NCBI GenBank assembly: GCA_049965775.1
Contig: JBMFVX010000001.1
Span: 9,483-63,024, forward strand
DNA length: 53,542 bases
Direction of reading: 5' to 3'
Origin: Phycisphaerae bacterium
GTDB lineage: Bacteria > Planctomycetota > Phycisphaerae > WQYP01
Shown here: in pieces, positions 1-8,256 of the stretch
Layout of the letters: each line of letters starts with the position of its first letter
Position numbering within the stretch: the stretch's first letter is position 1
Notes under the pieces: model-generated
What the model was told of the DNA's origin: nothing
Database searches by the model: none
Seen by the model: only the letters and a program-made list of their open reading frames with translations
Program-made: the position numbers and the translations under genes

Positions 1-530
1 ATTGCAGAACCTGCAAACTCGGATTTGTTTTCGGATCGCCGCCCGCACTCTCTTCAGACGGCGATCAGCCATGCGTATGCTGTGTGCGGTGATCTGCCAT
101 ATCCCGCTCCCTCCACGGGATCAAGACCGCATACCAGCGAAACCAAACTATTCACCAAACGGTCCTGAAGTGTTTTACTTCAGGGTCGGCTAAAGACCGC
201 CGACAGATTTAACTTGCGTACTTTCGGTTGCCGATCAACTTTCGATTTGCTTCGTGATCAGTTCGATCAGCACGTTCTATATATCGTCGAAACATCGCGG
301 CTTCAACACAAAAAAAGCCCAGTAAAATCAGGCTGTTTGTCACCGCCTGATAACAAGAGTCGCATAACCTGCCCCAGCGGTTTGGGTCATAAAATAGCGG
401 GTGTATATCCATGTGAGAGCGATATTTTTAGGACTGCCCGGAAATGTCAGAATGCAAGGTCCGCAAACTTCATAGTGCTCGCAGGCGAAAATTTACAAAT
501 TGCTGGCGTTGTGAAGGTTTCAGGAAGATG

Positions 531-548
531 GCCGGGGCGATCCCCGGC
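531..548 (-). terminator. GC-rich stem-loop downstream of the quinone-oxidoreductase gene (possible terminator)
   Basis: GCCGGGG-cgat-CCCCGGC, a perfect 7-bp stem with 4-nt loop, 28 nt past the stop codon at 576-578 (minus strand). No convincing U-tract on either strand, so function is uncertain. Confidence 0.3.
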
Positions 549-575
549 ATTTATGGATGGGGAGATGCTCCGCCG

Positions 576-1526
576 TTATGCCGCGTGGGTGACTTTCAGA
601 ACGATCTTACCAAAGCCGCCGCCGGCCTCGAGCATCCGATGAGCTTCGGCGGCCTGTTCCAGCGGTAGTACATGGCTGATGACGGGTTTAAGCAGCCGTC
701 GCGCCAGTAGATGTGACAATGCCTCAAGGGTGCTGCGCCTGCGCTGTAAAAATACATAGTGCAGCGAAATATTTTTGCGGTACCCAACCGCCAAGTCACC
801 TGAAGGGTTCACGATGGTGACTATTCGGCCAAGCGGACGCACCACCGGCATCGAGCGGCTTACAAGGTCTGCTCCAAAGGCGTCAAAAACAAGGTCTGCA
901 GCACCTCGCGGCGCATGCGAGCTTATAACTTGTGCAAAGTCTTCTTTGGTTCGGTCAATAACGTAGTCGGCTCCGAGCGAACGAACCAAGCCGATATTGG
1001 CCGGTGAGGCGGTGGCAAAGACATAAGCCCCTGCCGCATGCGCCAATTGAACTGCGATGCTGCCTACACCGCCGGCCGCGCCATGAATGAGAACGGTTTC
1101 GCCCAGTCGCAAGGCTCCGCGGTCCATGATGCTGTCCCATGCAGTCATGCCCGCCAACGGAATAGCCGCAGCCTCAATAAAGTCCACGCATTTCGGCTTA
1201 AACGCCACGATATCGGCAGATACGCAGTGATACTCGCTATAGGCTCCCGGGCCGGAGAAATCAGGGCTGTAAAACACAGCGTCGCCGCGCTTGTATTCGC
1301 GTACGCCGGGGCCAACGGCCTCTACAACACCGGCACAGTCAAATCCGAGGATGGCGCCGGTCGAAAACCCAAACGCTCCGGTTTGCCGAAGTTTATAATC
1401 AATTGGATTGACACCAACCGCCTGAACCTGTACCAGTAGTTGCCCCGGAGCCGGCGCAGGTTTGGGTACGTCCGCAACTTGCAGCATGGACGCGTCGCCG
1501 TTACCTGCCAATACAATTGCTCGCAT
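576..1526 (-). CDS. NAD(P)H:quinone oxidoreductase / zinc-type alcohol dehydrogenase-like protein (MDR superfamily)
   Basis: 316-aa ORF. GroES-like N-terminus (LLVQVQAVGVNPIDYKLR) and Rossmann motif VLIHGAAGGVGSIAVQLA, typical of zeta-crystallin/Qor-type MDR enzymes. GGAAGGA RBS-like sequence about 9 nt upstream of the ATG at 1526. Confidence 0.85.
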   Translation of the reverse strand: MRAIVLAGNGDASMLQVADVPKPAPAPGQLLVQVQAVGVNPIDYKLRQTGAFGFSTGAILGFDCAGVVEAVGPGVREYKRGDAVFYSPDFSGPGAYSEYHCVSADIVAFKPKCVDFIEAAAIPLAGMTAWDSIMDRGALRLGETVLIHGAAGGVGSIAVQLAHAAGAYVFATASPANIGLVRSLGADYVIDRTKEDFAQVISSHAPRGAADLVFDAFGADLVSRSMPVVRPLGRIVTIVNPSGDLAVGYRKNISLHYVFLQRRRSTLEALSHLLARRLLKPVISHVLPLEQAAEAHRMLEAGGGFGKIVLKVTHAA

Positions 1527-1602
1527 TTGATGGTTTCCTTCCGCGGAAAATAAACGGTGTTATGGGTGTCGCCGTGCCGGGGATGAGCCGTAGCCGCAGC
1601 GA

Positions 1603-2955
1603 TCAAAGCTCTTTTACCACAAGGCTTGCCAGGCTGCTGCGCTCCGGGCGTGCGAGCGTCACGTGCCCCACAAGGTCCGATGATTTAAGCTTTTCAATGG
1701 TAAAAGACAAGCCGTTGGAATTGGCATCGAGGTAGGGATTGTCTATTTGCTCGGCATCACCGGTGAGAACAATTTTGGTTCCTTCGCCTACGCGGCTCAC
1801 GATGGTCTTAATTTCGTGCGGGGTAAGGTTCTGCGCTTCGTCCACAACCATAAATTGATGCGGAATGCTTCGTCCGCGTATGTAGGTAAGGGCTTCGAGG
1901 ACGATTTTTCCCGAATCAATCATGCTTTTAAGCTTCGCCTCAGTATTGGATGTTTCACCGGAGTGGATGCGGCGATCTGTGAGAAGAAATTCGAGGTTGT
2001 CAAAAATGGGCTGCATCCAGGCGGCGAGCTTTTCGTCTTTGCTGCCCGGCAAAAAGCCAATGTCTTTACCCAGAGGCATGATGGGGCGGGCCACGAGCAT
2101 ACGCTCGTAACGCTGCTCATTGAAGGCCTTGGTCATGCCGGCGGCGAGGGCCAAAAGAGTTTTGCCGGTACCGGCGGTGCCCATCAGCGTCACCATTTGC
2201 ACATCGTCATCCAGCAGAAGGTCCAAGGCCATGGTCTGCTGCACATTGCGCGAAATAATGCCAAAGCAGGGCTTTTTGCTGCGTGTCAGCGGCAACACCG
2301 CGTCCATGCCTGGGACTGACCGAGCCAGGCCGGTTTGGCTTGCGTCGTTGGCGCTTTTAAAGAGTATAAACTCGTTGGGCGACAGGCTGGGAGTAAGATT
2401 GGCTAGCGCCGGGTCGCTCATGCTCAGGCGTTTTTCGCTGTACAGGCGATCAATAACCGTAGAATCCACCACCAACTCGCGGTAGCCGGAGTACAGTGTC
2501 TCGTAATCAACTTTTTGCGATTCAAAATCTTCGCTTTGTATACCCAAAGCATCCGACTTAATTCGCGCGTTGATGTCTTTGCTGATAAAAATGACCTGCT
2601 TACCGGCCTTTTTCAGTATCCAAGCTGCGGAAATAATTCGGTTGTCTGGGATGGCATCGGAAAGATTGGGAACCTTGGCGGCTTCCATTGCGACACGAAT
2701 GCACCCGTTATGGCCGTTCCATTTCACGCCATCGGCCAGATGGCCGCGCTCGCGCAGTTGATCCAGATGCCTGATGACCGCCCGGGCATTGCGGCCAACG
2801 TCGTTGGTGTCTTTTTTAAACTTATCCAGTTCTTCCAGCACATCGAAGGGGATTACCACCTCGTTGTCCGCAAATGAGAACAGAGCGCCCGGATTGTGTA
2901 AAAGCACACTGGTATCGAGTACGAAATATTTGGGGGTTGCATTGGTAGAAGTCAT
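1603..2955 (-). CDS. PhoH-family ATPase with N-terminal PIN domain (YlaK-like)
   Basis: The ORF track gives 1603..3102. I prefer the ATG at 2955 (MTSTNATPKYFVLDTSVLLHNP...) because GAGAAGGCGG lies 7 nt upstream. PIN-like N-terminus, Walker A GTAGTGKT and Walker B-like MVVDEAQNL in the PhoH domain. Confidence 0.85.
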   Translation of the reverse strand: MTSTNATPKYFVLDTSVLLHNPGALFSFADNEVVIPFDVLEELDKFKKDTNDVGRNARAVIRHLDQLRERGHLADGVKWNGHNGCIRVAMEAAKVPNLSDAIPDNRIISAAWILKKAGKQVIFISKDINARIKSDALGIQSEDFESQKVDYETLYSGYRELVVDSTVIDRLYSEKRLSMSDPALANLTPSLSPNEFILFKSANDASQTGLARSVPGMDAVLPLTRSKKPCFGIISRNVQQTMALDLLLDDDVQMVTLMGTAGTGKTLLALAAGMTKAFNEQRYERMLVARPIMPLGKDIGFLPGSKDEKLAAWMQPIFDNLEFLLTDRRIHSGETSNTEAKLKSMIDSGKIVLEALTYIRGRSIPHQFMVVDEAQNLTPHEIKTIVSRVGEGTKIVLTGDAEQIDNPYLDANSNGLSFTIEKLKSSDLVGHVTLARPERSSLASLVVKEL

Positions 2956-3227
2956 TAATAAACCGCCTTCTCTCATAAAGGGTTGCAGGTAGGTTATTCG
3001 CAACAACACCTTAGGGCAAGTTGCCATGGTGTCGCCATTTGTATTATCGGCTGATGCCCGGCCTCGCGAGCAAGCGCCCGGTTCGCTCGCGCTTGTGGCC
3101 AAAGGATAAAAGTCGTGCGGTTGTAGTCTCTTAATCGCTAACAGTGGTGACTAAGCTATTACACTTTGCCAGCATAAAAACTGTCAAATTGGCGGCTGTT
3201 TTGAGGAGATGTGGTTAAAGCTTCGAT

Positions 3228-3262
3228 GATCGTAAGTTATTATAAAACAATAACTTGCGATC
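3228..3262 (+). promoter_or_regulatory. Inverted repeat GATCGTAAGTTATT-N7-AATAACTTGCGATC, candidate operator of the Hsp20 operon
   Basis: 13 of 14 arm positions are complementary (read directly). It ends 2 nt before a TATAAT hexamer and lies in the low-GC divergent intergenic region between the PIN-PhoH and Hsp20 genes. Confidence 0.4.
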
Positions 3263-3264
3263 GT

Positions 3265-3270
3265 TATAAT
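3265..3270 (+). promoter_or_regulatory. Putative -10 box (TATAAT) of the Hsp20 operon
   Basis: Perfect TATAAT about 115 nt upstream of the first Hsp20 start. The -35 region is poor (ATAAAA), so the promoter class is uncertain. Confidence 0.35.
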
Positions 3271-3384
3271 ATTCGCTTTTAGGTTTTGGTACGGAGTTTG
3301 TGAGGTGTAATAGTGAGTTCAAAAATGCCCGTTGTCGAGTTGGGCCGTAAAAGTACTCGGCGTTTAAGGTCAAAGGAGATTTTT

Positions 3385-3831
3385 ATGTGGAGTCTGACAA
3401 CCAATCCGTGGAGCCCGTTGATTCAGTTGCAGTCGGATCTGAATGATGTGTTTGACCGTTCAGGTATCGCGTCTGCCCCGTGGGATTTTGATCAAGCAGC
3501 CTATCCTACCATCAATATCTGGCAGGACGGCGACAATGCCTATCTGCAAGCCCATGTGCCTGGTGTGAGCCTCGAACATATCGAGGTGCTTGTGACGGGC
3601 AAGCAGGTTTCATTGAAGGTGCACCGTAAGGCGCCTGCCGACGATACCGCCAGGCATCGCACATGGTTGCGGCAGGAGCGTGCAACCGGTGATTTCAGTC
3701 GCGTGCTTGAATTGCCCTGGGAAATCCAAGCCGACAAAGTGGAAGCCGGCCTCAAGGCTGGAGTCCTTACGGTTACGCTGCCAAAGGCAGAAGCAAGCAA
3801 GCCGCGCCGAATAAAGTTGTTGGCTTTGTAG
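3385..3831 (+). CDS. Hsp20/alpha-crystallin family small heat-shock protein (paralogue 1)
   Basis: Alpha-crystallin domain (PTINIWQDGDNAYLQAHVPGVSLEHIEV...GVLTVTLPK). Start moved from 3313 to the ATG at 3385 because AAAGGAG lies 7 nt upstream. Confidence 0.9.
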   Translation: MWSLTTNPWSPLIQLQSDLNDVFDRSGIASAPWDFDQAAYPTINIWQDGDNAYLQAHVPGVSLEHIEVLVTGKQVSLKVHRKAPADDTARHRTWLRQERATGDFSRVLELPWEIQADKVEAGLKAGVLTVTLPKAEASKPRRIKLLAL

Positions 3832-3877
3832 TGTTTGTTATTTGTAATTTTACGGACTTTAAAAAGGAGACATTACC

Positions 3878-4273
3878 ATGACCGCGGTAGACATTGAAAA
3901 AACCAATCCGGCTCAGAATCAGGTGGAGCACCTGAGCGATGCCCAGTTTGTCACGCCCGCAGTTGACATTGCGGAGGATGCGGAAGCATTTCTCTTCAGT
4001 TTTGATATGCCGGGGGTGCAAAGTCAGGATGTTGATGTGAACATCGAAAATGGCGTGCTGCTTGTCGAGGCTCGCCCCGGTGCTGGCAACCAGGATGACC
4101 GTACCTACCTGCTGCGTGAGCATAGGCCGGTAGGCTATCGTCGTAGTTTTACGCTCAATGTTCCGGTGGCGGTGAATGCCATTCATGCCGAGCTGAAAAA
4201 CGGCGAATTAATGCTGCGCGTGCCCAAAGCCGAATCGCTTAAAGCACGCAAAATTGCCGTTAAAACCGCATAA
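3878..4273 (+). CDS. Hsp20/alpha-crystallin family small heat-shock protein (paralogue 2)
   Basis: 131 aa. PAVDIAEDAEAFLFSFDMPGV...NGELMLRVPK is a typical alpha-crystallin-domain pattern. AAAAGGAG RBS upstream of the ATG. Confidence 0.9.
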   Translation: MTAVDIEKTNPAQNQVEHLSDAQFVTPAVDIAEDAEAFLFSFDMPGVQSQDVDVNIENGVLLVEARPGAGNQDDRTYLLREHRPVGYRRSFTLNVPVAVNAIHAELKNGELMLRVPKAESLKARKIAVKTA

Positions 4274-4331
4274 ACCATGCGAGAGCGTTGGTGAATGTAT
4301 TCGTCAAACCTTTACCGAAAGGAGGACGTTT

Positions 4332-4823
4332 ATGAGTATGATCGAAAAAGTTAAGCAGAAAGGGCAAAAGCTTCGTCGTCAATTGCATGAGCCGCATACG
4401 CAGTTTGATCTACGCACCGGCGTGAATCGAGCTTTTGAGCGAATGTGGCAGTCGCTGCGACACAATTCAATGGGAGGTCGCGCGTGGGCCATGCCGTGGC
4501 CCGCGATGGACCTCACAGAAGACGAACATCGCATTACATTGCGGGTGGATGTGCCCGGCATGGACGCCAAAGACATCTCGGTAGAGCTTTCCGGTCGTGT
4601 GTTGGCAATTAAGGGCGCCCGGCAAGTCGAATCGCAAAAGAGCCGCGGCGGAGTTCATCACCATGAGCGAATGGCAGGCTCGTTTTATCGAAGTGTTGCG
4701 CTGCCTGACTATGCCGATGTAAACAATATCAAGGCAAAGTTTGATAAAGGAGTGATTGAACTTCAAATTGGCCGCCTTGCCGGCTTAGGCCCCAAGCGGG
4801 TGGCCATTTCCACTGCTGAATAA
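4332..4823 (+). CDS. Hsp20/alpha-crystallin family small heat-shock protein (paralogue 3)
   Basis: PAMDLTEDEHRITLRVDVPGMDAKDISV...KGVIELQI. Start moved from 4254 to the ATG at 4332 (GAAAGGAGG RBS 6-7 nt upstream). Confidence 0.9.
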   Translation: MSMIEKVKQKGQKLRRQLHEPHTQFDLRTGVNRAFERMWQSLRHNSMGGRAWAMPWPAMDLTEDEHRITLRVDVPGMDAKDISVELSGRVLAIKGARQVESQKSRGGVHHHERMAGSFYRSVALPDYADVNNIKAKFDKGVIELQIGRLAGLGPKRVAISTAE

Positions 4824-4842
4824 GTCTTACCGATTAATCATT

Positions 4843-4890
4843 CTGGGGCAGCACTCGATGCCGAGGGCCGCCCCAGATGTGGGCTTTTTA
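4843..4890. terminator. Possible bidirectional terminator between convergent genes
   Basis: CTGGGGC...GCCCCAG 7-bp outer stem with an inner CTCG/CGAG stem, followed after 8 nt by a T5 run. It lies between the Hsp20-3 stop (4823) and the minus-strand small membrane gene stop (4916). Geometry is not ideal. Confidence 0.25.
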
Positions 4891-4915
4891 CAAATCGCCC
4901 GGTGGCTTGAGTTCG

Positions 4916-5146
4916 TTAGTGGGCGGGCGGTTGTTGATTTTTTCGTTCTGGCGGTCGCCGCTGGCCCCGCCAGCCGAAAATGGTCATGAGCAGACCAAAA
5001 ATGGTCAGAACGATGCCCCAGTCCAGGTTGCCGTTAATTTTCATACCAATGTGTGGAATGTCGTTAGGCGACACCACTCCGTAGCCAGCCATAAGCAGGC
5101 CCACCAAAAGAAAGAAAATGCCAATTGGGAGTCGCAGATCTATCAT
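4916..5146 (-). CDS. Small two-TM membrane protein, probable accessory subunit of the adjacent symporter
   Basis: 76 aa. AGGAG lies 8 nt upstream of the ATG at 5146. Two hydrophobic helices (IGIFFLLVGLLMAGYGVV; WGIVLTIFGLLMTIFGW). Same strand as the symporter stop and 46 nt downstream of it. Confidence 0.55.
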   Translation of the reverse strand: MIDLRLPIGIFFLLVGLLMAGYGVVSPNDIPHIGMKINGNLDWGIVLTIFGLLMTIFGWRGQRRPPERKNQQPPAH

Positions 5147-5192
5147 ATTTGAGTCTCCTGTAAACGCGGTGGCTTAAGCCGCCGCCGCTGCC

Positions 5193-7037
5193 TCACCAGA
5201 ACAACAAATTAAGAATGAGCGTGGCCAGCAAAGCCAAAATGCCCAAGACCAAGGGCTTGCGGTGCCACGCCAGCGTTGCGCTAACCTCGCCGCGCGGCGT
5301 AACCTGGTATACCAGGCCGGTGAGTTGTTCCACCGGTTGCTTGCGCGTAAACAGGCTTACCAGGATCGTGCTGCTGGCGCCCGCGCAGAAGGACCAAAGC
5401 GCATTCCAAAATGCGCTGGTGGTGCCGTGCTTATAAAAATGGGCCATGGGATGACCCTTCATGCACAGTATCCAGAGCGTTACCGAGGTGCCTGTGCCGA
5501 CAAGCAGGCCGATAAATCCGCCCCATGGTGTGGTGCGCGGCCAGAACATGCCCAGCAGAAATACCGCAATGAGCGGTGCATTTACAACACCGAAGATGGT
5601 TTGGGTGTAACCCATGATGCTGTTGGCGCCTCTTACCCAAAATGCAAAGCCCACGCTGATGGCCACGCCCAGAATCGTCATGATGCGGCCAAACCAGAGG
5701 TAATGTTTGTCGGAGGCATTGGGATTGATGAGTGAGCCGTAGAGGTCATAGGTAACCACCGTGTTAAAGGCCGTTACATTCCCTGCCATGCCTGACATGA
5801 ACGAAGCCATCAATGCGGTAAGGCCCAATCCCAGCAGGCCTGCGGGATAATAGGTGCCCATCATCAGCGGCATAACGTTGTTAACAGTGTGCGTGTCGCT
5901 TACAAGTTTGCCGTGCACCATTGTGCCACCGGTAACCAGGTGCGGCAGCAGCGGAATGGCCAAGATGCCCGGTAAAATGACGATAAAAGGAAACAGCATT
6001 TTTGGAAATGCCGCAAGCAGCGGGGTGCGTTGGGCGGAGTTCATATCTTTGGCGGCCAGTGCCCGCTGTACCACCAAAAAGTTGGTACACCAGTAGGAGA
6101 ATGAGAGTACAAAACCGAGTCCCAATACGACGCCGGGCCAAGTAATTTGCAGCGTATTGCCCGCGGCATGCCCGGTGCCCATCCAGGTGTGCAGCCACAT
6201 GTTGCCGGGGAGCATGGTTTTGCCCTGCGATACCTGATGCGTATCGAGCCAATGCGTAAAGTCGCCCCAGCCCGCGGTGGCTGCGGCAAGCCACGATTCG
6301 TGCATGCCCGCCGCTGCGTGCTTAACCGCTTTGGCATGGTTGGCGATCAGGCCGATGATGGTAAGCGGCGCTACGCCCAGTACAATTAAGAAAAACTGCA
6401 GCACTTCATTGTAAATGCTGGCGGTCAAGCCGCCCAAAAATGTGTAAACAAGCACCACCAAACCCGAAACGACAACGCTGGGCCAGAAGTGCCAACCTAA
6501 AAAGTCCTGCAATACCACAGCCATGGCATACATGCTTATGCCCGATATGGCCGGCGTAAAGACGGCAAACGTAATGGCATTAATAAAACGAGCGCCTTCA
6601 TTGTAGCGCTTCTTAAGAAATTCCGGCACGCTGCGCACCTTGCTGCCGTAGAAAAATGGCATCATCGCGACGCCCATAAATACCATGGCCGGTATGGCAC
6701 CCACCCAGTAATAGTTGGCGGTCATCATGCCATATTGATAGCCTGATGTGGCCATGCCCATCACTTCCAGAGCGCCAAGGTTGGCGGAAATAAACGCCAG
6801 GCCGGTAATCCAAGCTGGAATGCTGCGTCCGGAAAGAAAAAAGTCTTCACTGGTTTGGTGCCCCTTGCCCGTGATATAGCCGATAGCGATTACAAACACG
6901 AGATACACCGCCAAAATGGCAATATCTATTGGAGCCAGGTGAATAAGAGCGTGCGGTGCAGCCGCAGTCGCCGAAGCCGCGGCCGCATTTTGAACAGGCG
7001 CCATTGTGGCCGCCAACAGAAACAGGTGTTGCAGCAT
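5193..7037 (-). CDS. Sodium:solute symporter family (SSF/SLC5-type) transporter
   Basis: 614 aa, many hydrophobic segments. SSF-like N-terminal region DFFLSGRSIPAWITGLAFISANLGALEVMG. Substrate not inferable. Confidence 0.9.
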   Translation of the reverse strand: MLQHLFLLAATMAPVQNAAAASATAAAPHALIHLAPIDIAILAVYLVFVIAIGYITGKGHQTSEDFFLSGRSIPAWITGLAFISANLGALEVMGMATSGYQYGMMTANYYWVGAIPAMVFMGVAMMPFFYGSKVRSVPEFLKKRYNEGARFINAITFAVFTPAISGISMYAMAVVLQDFLGWHFWPSVVVSGLVVLVYTFLGGLTASIYNEVLQFFLIVLGVAPLTIIGLIANHAKAVKHAAAGMHESWLAAATAGWGDFTHWLDTHQVSQGKTMLPGNMWLHTWMGTGHAAGNTLQITWPGVVLGLGFVLSFSYWCTNFLVVQRALAAKDMNSAQRTPLLAAFPKMLFPFIVILPGILAIPLLPHLVTGGTMVHGKLVSDTHTVNNVMPLMMGTYYPAGLLGLGLTALMASFMSGMAGNVTAFNTVVTYDLYGSLINPNASDKHYLWFGRIMTILGVAISVGFAFWVRGANSIMGYTQTIFGVVNAPLIAVFLLGMFWPRTTPWGGFIGLLVGTGTSVTLWILCMKGHPMAHFYKHGTTSAFWNALWSFCAGASSTILVSLFTRKQPVEQLTGLVYQVTPRGEVSATLAWHRKPLVLGILALLATLILNLLFW

Positions 7038-7425
7038 GTAAAACCCCCAAACAAAAGTAATTGCACTCGCCAGATTGTTTTTAGCTCGTTTTGTCCTTCC
7101 ACTGTGCCAGTAGGCCGGCGTGGCCGCACCTGTTTAGGTGCCCAGATGCATGGGGCCGTCGAGAATTCCAGCGACAATTTTGCCTTTGCCGCCGGACATT
7201 GTGCGTTTGCGGTATAGAAAACTCCGCCATTGGCCCTGCGGGGTGATGCGCACAGGCCCAATACCAAGTTGACCGCCAAGGCCATCAATTGCCGGTATGG
7301 TAGCAGAAGGTTATGGGCCGTCAAGAAAGGCTGTTGCGTGTTTGTTTAATTGCGTCGCACGGCATAGCTGTTGTGCCATAATGTGGCGGGCCTGTTTTGT
7401 GATCGGGATGCTTAGGCCAATTGCT

Positions 7426-8142
7426 TTACATGCGGTGAATGAGCATGAGCAAGGCTAAAATGAACGAAATAAGCGCCATCGCAAAGGCGCTGTTCACCAT
7501 CCAAGTGTTGCGAATACGCGATTTTTCAACCCATTCCTGCATTTGCATGGCCGAGGTTGCGTAGCCGTCGCGAACCTGCTGGAGGCAGTCTACAGCGCTG
7601 TTGTTGGCCGCCTGCAACCGATCAATCATAATCGAGAAGCGATTAAACGCCTCGACGAGTTGGCGGTCTATCTCGTTGCCGGTTTCGATTTGCTCGCGTA
7701 TGGCCTGCAACATCTTGCTGTAGTCTTTGCCTGATGCGGTTACAGAGCTGATACTGTCGCTGATTTTTCGCTGCTGCTCGGCATGCAGGGCCAGCCGTTC
7801 GTTAATAACCTGCAGCAGTTCTGACTGCATTTTGCTGGTTTGGGGCAATGCATCCACGGCATGCGGCAGGGTGCCCAAACGGGCCATGAGTTCTTCCTGA
7901 CGGCGGGCCTGGCCGTCGAGCGAGTTTCGCAGGTCCTGTACGGTTTCCAGCAGAGCGCTGTAACTTTGCTGAAGTTTGTAGCTGCTGGGTTCGGGCATAA
8001 TGCCATTGGGGCCAACGCGGCTGAGTATATGCCGATCGGGGCCGTCGGTGCCGGTGGCGCCCAATTCCTCAAAGGTCTGGTAATCAACAACTGTTGGCTT
8101 CTGCGACCGAAACAGCGACGTTAATTTATCCATCAAAGTCAT
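7426..8142 (-). CDS. Hypothetical tail-anchored coiled-coil protein
   Basis: Long Q/E/L/R-rich heptad-like sequence ending in a single C-terminal TM (NSAFAMALISFILALLMLI-HRM). Start moved from 8169 to the ATG at 8142, because the predicted -10 lies at 8172-8177 and a GAAGG RBS precedes 8142. No family recognised. Confidence 0.6.
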   Translation of the reverse strand: MTLMDKLTSLFRSQKPTVVDYQTFEELGATGTDGPDRHILSRVGPNGIMPEPSSYKLQQSYSALLETVQDLRNSLDGQARRQEELMARLGTLPHAVDALPQTSKMQSELLQVINERLALHAEQQRKISDSISSVTASGKDYSKMLQAIREQIETGNEIDRQLVEAFNRFSIMIDRLQAANNSAVDCLQQVRDGYATSAMQMQEWVEKSRIRNTWMVNSAFAMALISFILALLMLIHRM

Positions 8143-8171
8143 GTTTGCACCTTCGCCTTTCATAGCCATCT

Positions 8172-8180
8172 ATTATACCA
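8172..8180 (-). promoter_or_regulatory. Extended -10 promoter element TGGTATAAT for the coiled-coil gene
   Basis: The reverse complement of ATTATACCA (8172-8180) is TGGTATAAT, a full TGnTATAAT match. It lies about 30 nt upstream of the ATG at 8142. Confidence 0.4.
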
Positions 8181-8256
8181 ACGATTGCCGCCAGAGGTGA
8201 ATTGCAAGATTCTGGGTGGCTTGCGATAAAATGGTCGTTATTTTGCCAAAAAGCAG

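Noticed and set aside
1-72. Minus-strand ORF open to the left window edge, starting at ATG 70-72: MADRRLKRVRAAIRKQIRVCRFCN... The basic N-terminus plus CxxC is vaguely reminiscent of ribosomal protein S18 or a zinc-ribbon protein.
   Set aside because: Only 24 codons are visible and there is no RBS. The resemblance is too short to support a call, and it needs the upstream contig.
209-642. ORFs 209..412 (-) and 214..642 (+) in the left intergenic stretch
   Set aside because: They have no recognisable motifs or RBS, overlap each other, and the plus ORF runs into the antisense strand of the oxidoreductase gene. They are likely spurious.
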